Source of the DNA: Mobula hypostoma
Taxonomy: Eukaryota
Assembly: GCF_963921235.1 (NCBI RefSeq)
Contig: NC_086097.1
Coordinates: 44,890,001 to 44,954,000, forward strand
Direction of reading: 5' to 3'
DNA length: 64,000 nt
This document shows, in pieces, positions 1 to 12,004 of the stretch. Each line of letters starts with the position of its first letter. Within the stretch, counting starts at the first letter, position 1. Made by a program: the position numbers and the translations under genes. The notes under the pieces are model-generated. The model worked only from the letters and a program-made list of their open reading frames with translations. It did not search any database and was not told the origin of the DNA.

Positions 1-295
1 AAGTGCACTCTGTGAAATAAACCCATAAAATTTTAATTTGCTGCCAGACTCAATCTTCAGATACGGCCCATCCCATTAGGATGCTCTGACCTCTGGGCAC
101 CAAATTTGTCCTAACAAATATTCAAGTCTTCATGCACTATTTTTCTTAAAGCCCCATCTCCAAGCAGCTCAACAAAATCAGGCTCTAACAACTTGCTTCT
201 GCATGTAATTTGCAACACCTAGCCCTGGTCTTCGATTCTTCATATTTTCCACTTGATGTCTTGGCTGTCAATCATTGCAGGTTCAAAGTTGTCAT

Positions 296-442
296 TTAAA
301 GTTAAATTGGATAGATATATGGACAGGAAAGGAATGGAGGGTTATGGGTTGAGTGCAGGCCGGTGGGACTAGGTGAGTGTAAGAGTTCGGCACGGACTAG
401 AAGGGCCGAGATGGCCTGTTTCCGTGCTGTAATTGTTATATG
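296..442 (+). mobile_element. CR1 LINE 3' end fragment
   Basis: Encodes FKVKLDRYMDRKG, a CR1 ORF2 C-terminus, followed by a CR1-type 3' UTR (ggcctgtttccgtgctgt). Confidence 0.7.
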
Positions 443-1074
443 GGTATAAATTAAATATACATACTGAAGCTTATAATCAGAAGGTTACTGGTAAGCTATG
501 CAATGGCTCTTTAAAGTACTCTTACCTATATGGAGGAACTTTTAAGTCTTGTTATGCAGACTAAACCAAAGATATACAATAATATTTTTGTCATTATTCA
601 TTTCCCTCATTTGAAGACCAACCCAAGCTAAATTTATAGCATAGAAATATATTAACAATAGGAAATTTATTGTCACACTTGGTGCTAAGTTATTGAAGTC
701 AATTTTGTTGCGTCATGTCTTGTCTAAATTGCAGGGAAGGATCTACTCACATGCCTCAGCTTTAAGTGTCAAATTATTTTTGAAAAGCATTCTCAAACCC
801 AGCAATGATTCATTAAATCATGTTGCTTGGAGCAGAGGCCACAACTGGGGAAGAAATACTGTATAGTATAGTACTTTGTAACATAATGATCCAGTGACAA
901 ATAACTTATATCAAATAAGTCTGATATAAAATTGCTACTGACTGCCAAGTAGAAACTTTGAATATAAATTGTGCTCCAACTATTTTTGGTGTTAGAAGTT
1001 AGCAACAACACTGATTTTGAATGTACACAAAAAAGTATTTGGAATGGAATAACAATAAATTTGTTTCCAAAGAG

Positions 1075-1550
1075 TCATTCAACAGAGAGACATGTCCCTC
1101 GACCCATCTCCACCATGTCAGCCAAGATGCCCATTAAACCTAATCCCATATCCGTCTAAATCTTTTCTATCCGTGAACCTGTCCAAATGATTTTTTTTTA
1201 AACATTGTAATTGGACATTCTTCTACTATCTCCTTTGGCAGTTTGTTCAGATACCCACCATCCATCCTCTGCTTGAAAAACCTGCCCCTTGGGGTGACTT
1301 TTAGGTATTTCCCCTCTCACCTTAATGTTGGTTTTAGACTTCCCTACCCTGGAAAAAAGATTGTGACCATCTGTCCTGTCCATACCTCTCATATTTTTAT
1401 AAACCTCTATAAAGTCACACCATAGCCTCTGTTATTCAAGAAAGAAAAATGTGGCAGACTTTTGAGTTTCTCCTTATAATTAATGCCCTCCAGTCCAGGC
1501 AACATCCTTCTGAACTATTTCCGCATCCTCACTAACTTGATCACATTCCT
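1075..1550 (-). mobile_element. Decayed CR1 LINE 3' fragment
   Basis: Minus ORF 1198..1392 (RGMDRTDGHNLFSRVG...KVRG) aligns by eye with the CR1 C-terminus at 44728..45270. Confidence 0.65.
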
Positions 1551-4349
1551 CACTTTGAATGAAAGATTTACTAAGTGAGACCACAACTCGTTGAATGCTA
1601 ACTTGCCATACATTCATCTGAAAAGAATGTCACTACCATCCTTGTCCTTTGGTGATGATTATTATGTCTGCACTTTAGTTGGTGTAGTTAGACAGCAGGC
1701 TGGAGTGAGCAGCAATATGTAGAGGGTAGCCAGCCCTTCCTTGTGATGTTTCCACACTACTTAAGGTTTCTACCAAGTTTGCAAATACAATAAATGTTTT
1801 AGCATAGAGGTTCAATTAGTGTGCAATGGCTCAACGGGCAAGTCTATGTCAACTGCTTAATGTCCCTAATCCACCCAAGTTGCAGCCATGCCCTTAGCAA
1901 GCTCCTAATAGTGAATGTCAGCACTGGAGAAAGTGCTCGTTACCAGATGCAGTATACTCTGTGGACTTTGGGAAGCCCTTGCTCAGTTTACATTTAATTC
2001 TGAAATTGCCTGGTGTGTTATAGCAAGATGCTTTCCATCAAATGTAATGAAACTTATTTGCACATTTTGATGCTTCTGATCCAAAATGCAAGTTATCAAA
2101 AACGTTACAACAGTGATCAACTTAGATTTAAGTCATACAGCTTTTGTAATGACCCTTCTTGTTGTGTTGTAATTTATAAATCTTATGTTACTTGCTTTTT
2201 GCAAAGCACTGAAGAGTACTTTGTGCTTATGTTTCTGAAACTCCCATTGCACTTCATACAGTGCTGACATTGTGTGATGCACACTTAAAATCTAATGTTA
2301 TATGATTAATTCTGGGAATAAAATAAATTGCATAAAAGCTTGGTAATCAGACTAATGAATCTGTCAGACCTCAGAAAAAGAAATATTACAAGTAACAGAG
2401 AAACAATAAAAATTCTTTGAAGATGGAACATGTTGAGGATAAATAGGAAGTGGCAGATAAACAAAACTTAGATTTGTATGTGTTACTTTAGATTTACAAA
2501 TGATGTGTGATAACTTGCTGCTTCAAAGCTTCAGACTCGGGGTATCATTGACAACGTCAACATCGTTTCCTGTTCGTAATTGCTCTTGAGAAGATGGTGC
2601 TGAGCCTCTTTCTTCAAGATGTCAAGAGATGCGTCTTTGGTAAAATCTTCTGCCGAACGTGGTTCCACAGTGCTATTGGATAGGAAGTTCCAGGATTTAT
2701 ATCCAGGTAGAATGATCTATTTCCAAATCAGGGTGGTCTTGAAGGAGTACCTGCAGATTGTGGTGTTCCCGTGCACCTACTTCCCTTGTTCTTGGTGATA
2801 GAGGTCACATGCTAGTTAAGTAACTAAATGTAACTCATGTGCACTGCAGCTTTGGCCTGTGGTAGAAGGAATGAAAGTTTAGGGAGAATGTATGACAGAT
2901 GGTGAATTCTAAAGTTCCCTTACACCATCTTCAATCTTCTCCCCAACACATTTTTTTTTCATAATGGTGGTGGAAAGTAGATGAGATGGACTTCCTCTAA
3001 CTTTTCTTATGCAAGACCTTTTGTGCTAGTGAACATGCATTAGGATGAATGCTTGATAGAATATTGGTGGTAGAAGTTCTCAAAGAACATTGGCACAGAC
3101 TCCCTTTGCACCAGGGCTTTAGTTCCAAGTTTGTATGTGTATTATAATTTGACACCCAATTGTGGTGATAGCCAGCACTGGTAATACATGGTGTCAATCT
3201 ATCTAAAAATATGTACATGCATCCTGCCCCTGTAATTTGAGCCTTAATTTGAGTAATCCAAAACCACGTGTAGACCAATTCCAGGCCTTAAAGTTTAAAT
3301 TAGCAATGCATCTATATAAATAAGATTTTTTAAAATAGACTTTTGAAAACTTGTATTAATAGCAACATAACCTTGATACTACTAAGGCAATCTATCTTCT
3401 GGACATTTAGAAATATAACCATCGGTTCACAGGATTCCGTACATAGTTTAGTGTCTTGTGTTATGTATTTAACATCTACCTATCAACTGATGGAAACAAG
3501 CACAAAAACACATTATTTTCAACATTATTGCACAGATGTATGCTTCTATCTTGTACATTTTTATAGCAAGTGATTGTAGCAAAAGAATAAAGAGTCAATT
3601 ATTTTTATTCCCAAATACAATCATCTTAAATGCTCATTAACACATCAGTTGCTTATTTCCAGACCAAAACAGGCAAAAAAAAAAGAGTTGAAAGGTGCCA
3701 ATGTAGTCCCCACAAACTCTTCTTGACCTTTGGAATTCAAAATTCCATTCAATCTAGGGAGTCAGGGTAGGAAGAAAAGAATGTACAAACACAGGATTCT
3801 GTTTAGATTTTTTTTTTGCCTAAGACCTGGTTGCAGAATTGCTGAAGGACTCAAGTTTTCTTGAGAAACTAAAAAAATCCATTCCTTGATTTTCTGCTTA
3901 ATTTTGAGAAGGTAATCAATTAGACTTCTTCACAAATAAACTGTTTTCAGAACTGAGTTACAGAGACGAGTAATAATGCTGATGTTTGAACTGATTGAAA
4001 GAAATTTCAAGGATCTGGGGCCACATCCTTAGCTAGTCACTGACATCAATGCAATGAAGAGCCGAGAAATTGGATGTATTAGCACTCATGATTTAGCACT
4101 TAGAATAATGAAAAGGGTGCTTTTGCACCTAATTCACATGTGTGCTTATGACCTATTACTGGCTTCAAGGCAGGTTAACCATTCAATCAATGCCCTTTCC
4201 AAAATGAACTGGAGCTCAAAGACACAACCTATACTATAATGGAACTGTCTCAGTATAAGAGGGACTGCATTATGCAGTACTGCTTCTTTCCGCACTATTC
4301 AAAGGTATATTCTAATGACATCAGGGGATATATAATAATCAGCCATGTG

Positions 4350-5075
4350 ATACATCCTCCCGCAGATAGTCACGAAACAAGGAAACACCACAGAACCCGA
4401 TTAACGAAAACATTAACATCCAAGGTGCTTAAAAAAATAAATAGTGCAAATGGCAAAAAGCGAGCGAACAACACACAATATTAAACGTCAAACCGTAGAG
4501 TCCTCAAAACAGTCTAGGAGTGTCGTGTTTAGTTCAGTTCAGTATAGCTCTGTATCATTCATTGACTGCAGTCCGCACTGAAGCATCCTAATCAAATTGT
4601 GTAAAATCGCAAAAAAAAAGTAACCAAAAGCCAGAAACAAACATTCATGAACCATAGAGTCCACAGCCACTAGCAGCACTGGTCAATCCTTGCAGGGTGG
4701 GACTTAAGACTCCTGCACCTTCTTCTGGCAGCAGCAAGCAAGAGGGAGGAAACACATGGTGCTGAACACCCGCTCGCCTTCTGCTCTTGTCCTCATTGAT
4801 TTCAATCTTGCTCAATGCTTTAATTGGTGATAAGTAATGGAGTCGATCATGGGTTCGTGCTCCGCCTGTAGGCCACACACTCCGCTCTCAACCTCGGTGA
4901 ATTGCACCAGAGACAGCAAAAGAGCCAGAGTACTTGGTCCAAAAGCACAGCATCAAAATGTAAATTACAGACTCTAATCACACAGAGTTTAATATTAGAA
5001 GTATATTTTAAAGAGGAATTAGTAGTTTCATGAACTGTCTGCAGGACATTGTTGTTGGTTGCGGCGTCATCTTGA
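4350..5075 (-). mobile_element. Non-autonomous retroposon, same family as 58160-58880
   Basis: Shares colinear blocks with 58160-58880 (tcctcccg.ag, gaacccg, aaatggcaaaaa, gtttag.t.agttcag). The minus 5' end reads atcaagatgacgccgc, an AAGATGGCG-like LINE start. Confidence 0.5.
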
Positions 5076-5949
5076 TTTGATCAGGCCATCCTGAGATATT
5101 AGAATTAGGAATGATACCAGACACATCAACCTATTGCGGGAACTTGGGCATCTTGCAGTCAAGAGGGAGGCCAGAAATACTTGGCTCAATAGAGAGCTTT
5201 GAAATCTGGGTATCTGAGACACCAGGGGAATGGGGATCTGGGAGTCTGGCATCAGTGGTAAAGTTCTATGGAGATTGGTGAAGGTCATATATTGGGTACG
5301 CTGACATCAGGAAGAAGTGAGAGGAGTACAGTTGCAGGATGAGTGAAGCACCAATAATTCACTCCATCTCAGACAAAGAAAATACATGACCGTGGGGTCA
5401 GGGTATGAGTTTGTGGTGTGTAGTGGAGGATGCTTTCAGTGCAGGATGTGGCCAACAATTTAGCTAAATAATTTATTTGCATACATATAAGCACAGCATG
5501 ATAAGATCTTATGCCCTTGTACTGTGACTGACCTTCGGAATGAGGTCTCAGGAGAAGATAACTAAGCAGCATGGTTTGAACAGTTGCTGTTGCAACACAT
5601 TAGTGACACATACTGCACCGTAATGAACACTTTTTCCAAATATTCTGGCAAATCTTTAAAATTCCCCACTGACGTGACTGAGAAATGTGACTTATTCTAG
5701 GTTAAACGCATTTTCAGTCATACCGTGCTAAAAAACCTACTGTTGTGTAATTTACTGTCTCTGCATGTGCTCTTTCAGCAACAACATTAAGTCACAAATT
5801 GTTTTCTGCACAGTGTACATTTGCATCTTCTTCTTTGAATCTATAATAATAATTTGGTTGAATTATAACTACTAACATTTACTTTGGAGGATGTTAAAGA
5901 ATTCAGCATGCATTATTACAAAAGTTAAAACGAGTATGAAAAAGATACA

Positions 5950-8210
5950 CAAACACGAGGAAATCTGCAGATGCTGGAAATTCAAGCGACATACACAAAA
6001 TGCTGGTGCAACGCAGCAGGCCAGGCAGCATCTATAGGAGGAAGCACAGTCGAGATTTCGGGTCGAGACCCTTCGTCAGGACTAACTGAAAGAAGAGGTA
6101 GTCAGAGATTTGAGAGGGGGAGGGGGGGGAGATCAGAAATGAAAGGAGAAGACAGGAGGGGGAGGGATGGAGCTAAGAGCTGGAGAGTCGATTGGCAAAA
6201 GGGATACAAGGCTGGAGAAGAGAGAGGGTCATGGGATGGGAGGCCTAGGGGGAAAGAAAATGGGAGGGGAGCACCAGAGGAAGATATAGTGAGAGGGACA
6301 GAGGGAGAAAAGAGAGAAAGAAAGGGGGGAAATAAATAAATAAACAAGGGATGGGGTAAGAAGGGAAGGAGGGGCATTAGCGGAAGTTAGAGAAGTCAAT
6401 GTTCATGCCATCAGGTTGGAGGCTACCTAGACGGAATATAAGGTGTTGGTCCTCCAACCTGAGTGTGGCTTCATCTTGACAGTAGAGGAGGCCATGGATG
6501 GACATATCAGAAGGGGAATGGGACGTGGAATTAAAATGTATGGCCACTGGGAGATCCTGCTTTCTCTGGCGGACAGAGTGTAGGTGTTCAGCGAAACGGT
6601 CTCCCAGTCTGCGTCAGGTCTCGCCAATATATAGAAGGCTGCATCGGGAGCACCGGACGCAGTATATCACACCAGCCGACTCACAGGTGAAGTGTCGTCT
6701 CACCTGGAAGAACTGTCTGGGGCCCTGAATGGTGGTGTGTGAGGAAGTGTAAGGGCATATGCAGCACTTGTTCCGCTTACAAGGATAAGTGTCAGGAGGG
6801 AGATCGGTGGGAAGGGATGGGGGGACGAATGGACAAGGGAGTCGCGTAGGGAGTGATTCCTGCGGAAAGCAGAAAGAGGGGGGAGGGAAAGATGTGCTTA
6901 GTGGTGGGATCCCGTTGGAGGTGGCGGAAGTAACAGAGAATAATATGTTGTATCCGGAGGCTGGTGAGGTGGTAGGTGAGGACAAGGGGAACCCTAATCC
7001 TAGTGGGGTGGTGGGAGGATGGGGTGAGAGCAGATGTGCGTGAAATGGGAGAGATGCATTTGAGAGCAGAGTTGATGGTGGAGGAAGGGAAGCCCCTTTC
7101 TTTAAAAAAGGAAGACATCTCCTTTGTCCTGGAATGAAAAGCCTCATCCTGAGAGCAGATGCGGCGGAGATGGAGGAATTGCAAGAAGGGGATGGCATTT
7201 TTGCAAGAGATAGGGAGATAGGGTGGGAGGAGGAATAGTCCAGGTAGCTGTGAGCATCCGTAGGCTTATAGTAGACATCAGTAGATAAGCTGTCTCCAGA
7301 GATAGAGACAGAAAGATCAAGAAAGGGGAGGGAGGTGTCGGAAATGGACCAGGTAAATTTGAGGGCAGGGTGAAAGTTGGAGGCAAAGTTAATGAAGTCA
7401 ACGAGCTCAGCATGCGTGCAGGAAGCAGCACCAATGCAGTCGTTGATGTAGCGAAGGAAAAGTGGGGGACAGATACCAGAATAGGCACGGAACATGGATT
7501 GTTCCACAAAGCCAACAAAAAGGCAGGCATAGCTGGGACCCATACAGGTGCCCATGGCTACACCTTTAGCTTGGAGGAAGTGGGAAGGAGCCAAACGAGA
7601 AATTATTAAGGGTAAGGAATAATTCCACTAGACAGAGGAGAGTGATGGTAGAGGGGAACTGGTTAGGTCTGGAATCCAAAAAGAAGTGGAGAGCTTTGGG
7701 ACCTTCCTGGTGGGGGATGGAGGTATATAGGGACTGGACATCCATGGTGAAAATAAAGCGGTGGGGGCCAGGGAACTTAAAATCATTGAAAAAATTCAGA
7801 GCGTGAGAAGTGTCATGAACATAGGTGGGAAGGGATTGAACAAGGGGGGATAAAACAGTTTCGAGGTATGCAGAATTCGGTGGGGCAGGAGCAAGCTGAA
7901 ACAATGGGTCTACCTGGACAGGCAGGTTTGTGGATCTTGGGTAGGAGGTAGAAACGGGAAGTGCGGGGTGTGGGAACTATAAGGTTGGTGGCAGTGGATG
8001 GGAGATCCCCAGGGCTGATAGGGTTGGTGATGGCGTGGAAGACAATGGCCTGGTACTCCTTAGTGGGGTCATGATCGAGGGGTAAGTAAGAGGAGGTATC
8101 CGCAAGTTGTCGCTGTGCCTCGGAAAGGTAGAGGTCAGTACGCCAGACTACAACAGCACCCCCCCCCTTTATTGGCGGGTTTTATAGTAAGGTTAGGATT
8201 GGTGCGGAGG
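5950..8210 (-). mobile_element. Penelope-like element, 5'-truncated and frameshifted (RT + GIY-YIG endonuclease)
   Basis: RT motifs MDVQSLYTSIPH (ORF 7566..7904), QAKGVAMGTCMGPSYACLF and RYIND (ORF 6614..7594). GIY-YIG motif GVIYCVRCSRCSLLYIGET. 12-bp TSD gaaaaagataca at 5938-5949 and 8211-8222. Confidence 0.93.
6047..6083 (-). ncRNA. Minimal type I hammerhead ribozyme motif in the PLE terminal repeat (variant stem III)
   Basis: Minus strand reads agtc-CTGACGA-agggtctcgaccc-GAAA-tctc-gactg. Core boxes are present, but stem III differs from the acgtc version at 42.9 kb. Confidence 0.6.
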
Positions 8211-8389
8211 GAAAAAGATACATTTATAATAAACACATTTCAGAGCTTCAGATTTTCAAAACATTTTAAAAGTTTACTTAATTTTAATTTAGAAAATTCA
8301 ACAGCAAAATTTTACAGTGAACTCTCACGAAGCAGCATGTGATACAACCAGATACTGTTTTGACAATGTTAAATGAGTAAGAAGTATTA

Positions 8390-9055
8390 AAGTTCAAAAT
8401 TCAAAGTAAATTTATTATCAAAGTACAGATATGTCACCACATACAACCCTGAGATTTATTTTCTTGCAGGTTTACTCAATAAATCCATAATACAATAATA
8501 ACCATAATTGAATCAGCGAAAGGCCACACCAACTTGGGCATTCAATCAGAGTGCAAAAGTCAACAAATTGTGCAAGTACAAAAAGGAAGAAATAATAATA
8601 ATAAATAAGCAATAAATATCGAGAACATTAGATGAAGAATCCTTGCAAAGAAGTAGTTCAGTATGTATAATGTATACATTTCTCTGATATTAAATGGAAC
8701 TATTGAAACTATTGAAAGTGAGCCCATTGGTTGTGGAAACATTTCAGTGATGTGGCAAGTGAAGTTGAGTGAAGTTATCCCATTTGGTTCAGGAGCCTGA
8801 TGGTTAAGGGGTAACAACTGTTCCTGAACCTGGCTGTGTGATTCATGAGGCTCCTGTACCTTCTCCCTGAAGGCAAGAGCAAGAATAGACTATGACCTGG
8901 GTAGTGGGGGTCCCTAATGATGGACATTGCTTTCCTGCGATGCTTTGTATAGATGTGCTCAATGGTGCGGAGGAACGGGCTGGGCTGTATCCACTACTTT
9001 TTCTACAATTTTCCGTTCGAGGGCGTTAGTGTTTCCAGACCAGGCCGCATTGCAA
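8390..9055 (-). mobile_element. Rex1/Babar-like LINE 3' fragment
   Basis: Colinear with 55622-56350, sharing the tail (ttcaaagtaaatttattatca) and the C-terminal region (IIRDPHYPGHS-like on the minus strand). Confidence 0.7.
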
Positions 9056-9459
9056 CTAGAACAGCAAAGCAAACTTTGCAACTCTTCAAAATAGAGTCAG
9101 GGAAAATCTCACATTCCAACTGGAAAATGGATACAGCCTCAGTTTCACATCGCATCATTACTAAATTTCTATGCTCCAGTCTCTGGAGCCAGACCTGCAA
9201 GTAAGGATTCTAATGACTTGTACAGCTGGAACAATACCATTTAAAACCTCAATGCTTCACTCCAGACATGAATGTCAATACTTTAAAAAAATTCTCAGCA
9301 AAAATTATAACAGTGAATTTTTAACAATCTCTCCAAATAGTATTTCTGAGAACTGGAAAATTACATTAGTTGCTTCAGAGTTAAAATATTAAAGCTACAC
9401 TACTTACCTGTGAAAGGTAGAACCATTTTCTCTACAATTCTCTGACTTGTTCATCTCTC

Positions 9460-10175
9460 TCTGCCCATCCCTGCATCCACAGTTACTACGCCTGTCCCTG
9501 TACCATTCCAAGACCTAAAAAGACCTTTTAGAGGAGGCAGAGATTCACATGCACCTCCTTAAACCTTGTTTATTGCATTCTGTGCTTTCAACGTATCCTC
9601 CTCTACATGGGACATACCAAGTGCAGACTGGACGACCACTTTGCCAAGCACCTACGCTCTATCTGTAGTGGCCATTCAGAGCTTCTGGCTGCAAGCCAGT
9701 ATAATTTCTCTCTCCATTCCAACACTGACCCCTCTCTCCTTTGGCAGGAGTGAGGCCAAACACAAACTATGGAAATAGCACCTGTCTAAGTAGTCGAAAA
9801 CCAAATGGTGTCAATTCTCCAATTTCACATAACTGTTACTCACTCTGCTCTTTTCTCTTTCATTCTGATCCACCCAGCTCCTCTAACACATTCCCTTCTT
9901 TTCCTTCCTTTCTCATCAGAGTCCATAATCTGCAATCCTTTGTTGTCTCCATCAATCACTTCCTACCCTCTGATACTATTTATACCTTTCCATCCACAAT
10001 GTGGCTCCATCTACCCATCAACTACTCCTCGCCTAGACCCAGCTACTACTTTCCTGCTCCTGCCTCACCCCTCCCTGTCACAACTCTATACTGGCCAACT
10101 CCCACTTACTCTCAATTCTGATGCAAGGCCTTGACCCAAAATGTTAACTACCCCTTCGCTGTCTGACCTTCAGCA
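9460..10175 (+). mobile_element. Old PLE fragment (GIY-YIG region and 3' terminal repeat)
   Basis: Inverse-colinear with 6000-6750. Ends in a decayed hammerhead-like motif (ctgatgcaaggccttgacccaaaatgtt). Confidence 0.65.
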
Positions 10176-11329
10176 GTTTTCTTCCCATTCTGTTCAAAAT
10201 AATCCTCTGTGTTTTTTCTTGCTTTTTTTCCTCTATCAGTTTTGTTTGACGCCTTCCCGATCTTCCTGAAAAAAAATACTCAGAGCAGAATACAAGTTTG
10301 ATGTCCAAGATTCACTTGTGCAAAAACTGGAAAAGTTGAAAGAATGAACACTTCCAGAGGTGCAGCTAGCCACGAATTCTCCAGCTTCACCATTTAGTTC
10401 ACAGTCCAATGCTTTGCGGTGACCTAACCTTACTTTTTAAGTGATTGACAGGAAGAATATTTGAAAAATTGAAGAAAAATCAGACTTTATTTCTATGTAA
10501 TTCAAAATCTGAGAAAATCCAAATTCCAGCGTGATCTATCTCTCAACAGTGCTGGATTTTAGATATTAACCCTGTAAATTCATTTCGCTCAAATTCATCT
10601 CCTCGGCAAGTCATGAGCTGAGAAGGTTGATTACTTGACTTCCCAACTTTCCTGACAAATGGCTACAACTGGATCAGCAACTTCTCCAGTTCATTTCCCA
10701 TTATTACATTTCTTGATTAATATTCTACCTATTTATAAAAGCTGCCTTTTAGAAAACTAGATATCCTATGTCATTTACATGCAGTGCTTTCTTTAAAATA
10801 AAAGTTCTGATATCCTGAGACCTGCCCCATCTAAATTTGAAATACAATTCACATTCTTGCGTCTTGGAATATATAAGAAATTGTCAAAGAGAAACCACTG
10901 CATTACAAGTCATCCTGAGTCAGAAAATTATGAGATCAAGCCAAATTATGACTCCAGGCTTCAGGGGAATGCTTCAACGCTAACAGAACTAATGTATTAA
11001 ATAAACATGCTACTAGCACAGATGAGTCTTTGGATGAGATTTTAAATCTGGATTCCATCTTCCCAAACAAGTTTGGCAAAACACTGTATGATGACCTCAG
11101 ATTATTTGAGGACAAGTATATTCTCCTAATAGACCGGAAAAGTCTCTTTTAAATATCACTACAAAAAACATAAGTTGAGAAACAGAAGCAGATAACATAA
11201 ATGCTGGAGGAACTCAGCAGGCTAGGCAGCATCTATGGAAAAGAGTAAACAGTTGATGTTTCGAGCCAAGACCCTTCATCAGAACAGCAGATAAATCTGT
11301 TCAGTACCACATTCTTGCTCTCAATGTGT

Positions 11330-11990
11330 AGAAATCTATCAACCCCTGTTCTGAATAGACTCACTAACAGTCTCTACAGCCCTACAAGGTTAAATATGTC
11401 CAAAGATCCACCCACCACTGTCTGGAAGAATCACCTTACTCTTGAAAAGTTTACTTTTTTTTTGAGACGCTCACTCCTGATTCTAGACATCTAAACCACA
11501 GTAAATATTATTCCAGCATCTAACTTACTAAGATCTTAAGAATTTTGTCTATTTTAATGAGATCAGCTCTCATTCTTCTAAACTCACACGTGCTTAGGCC
11601 AATCTGTCCTCTTATCCTCAGAAACAACTTGGAGAATTCTTAAACAAAAGAAAATCTAGATGCTGGAAAGGGTCCCGATGAAGCGTCCTGGCCCCATTGG
11701 TCGACTGTTTACTATTTTCCTTTGATGCTGCCTGGCCTACTGAGTTCCTCCCAAATTTTTTGTGTGTTGTTTGGTGAATTCTTGTTGGATTCCTCATCAA
11801 GAATTTTGATCCTTAGGTAAGGTGACCCAATCCTCAGACAATATTTCAAGTGCAGTCTCATAAGAACCCTGTCTAATTTCAGAAATAGCTTTCTATTGTT
11901 GTTCTTTAATCCTCTTAAAATGAAGGCCATATCTTCCTAATTGCTTGCTGTACCTAAGTGTTAACTTTTATTGATATTTGTGGAAGGCCA
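11330..11990 (-). mobile_element. Old CR1 fragment interrupted by a short PLE-terminal insertion
   Basis: Minus ORF 11712..11930 begins AFILRGL...LKLDRVLMRLHLKYC...SPYLR (CR1 C-terminal domain) and then runs into PLE sequence. Confidence 0.65.
11642..11770. mobile_element. Short inverted PLE-terminus insertion
   Basis: A PLE terminus (aaacaaaagaaaatctagatgctggaaa) is joined to the opposite-strand hammerhead-bearing segment. Flanked by ttggagaattctt (11629-11641) and ttggtgaattctt (11771-11783). Confidence 0.7.
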
Positions 11991-12004
11991 ACCTGAACAC
12001 CATA

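Noticed and set aside
521..580. 35-nt minus-strand exon-like segment (526-560) with good splice signals
   Set aside because: It has stop codons in all three frames and no other support.
9166..9206. 21-nt plus-strand exon-like segment (SLEPDLQ)
   Set aside because: Splice signals are only moderate, and such matches are expected by chance in 64 kb.
10169..10265. Minus-strand open segment (KIGKASNKTDRGKK...) after a T-rich acceptor
   Set aside because: The weak donor lies inside a PLE remnant, and the peptide is low-complexity and unrecognised.
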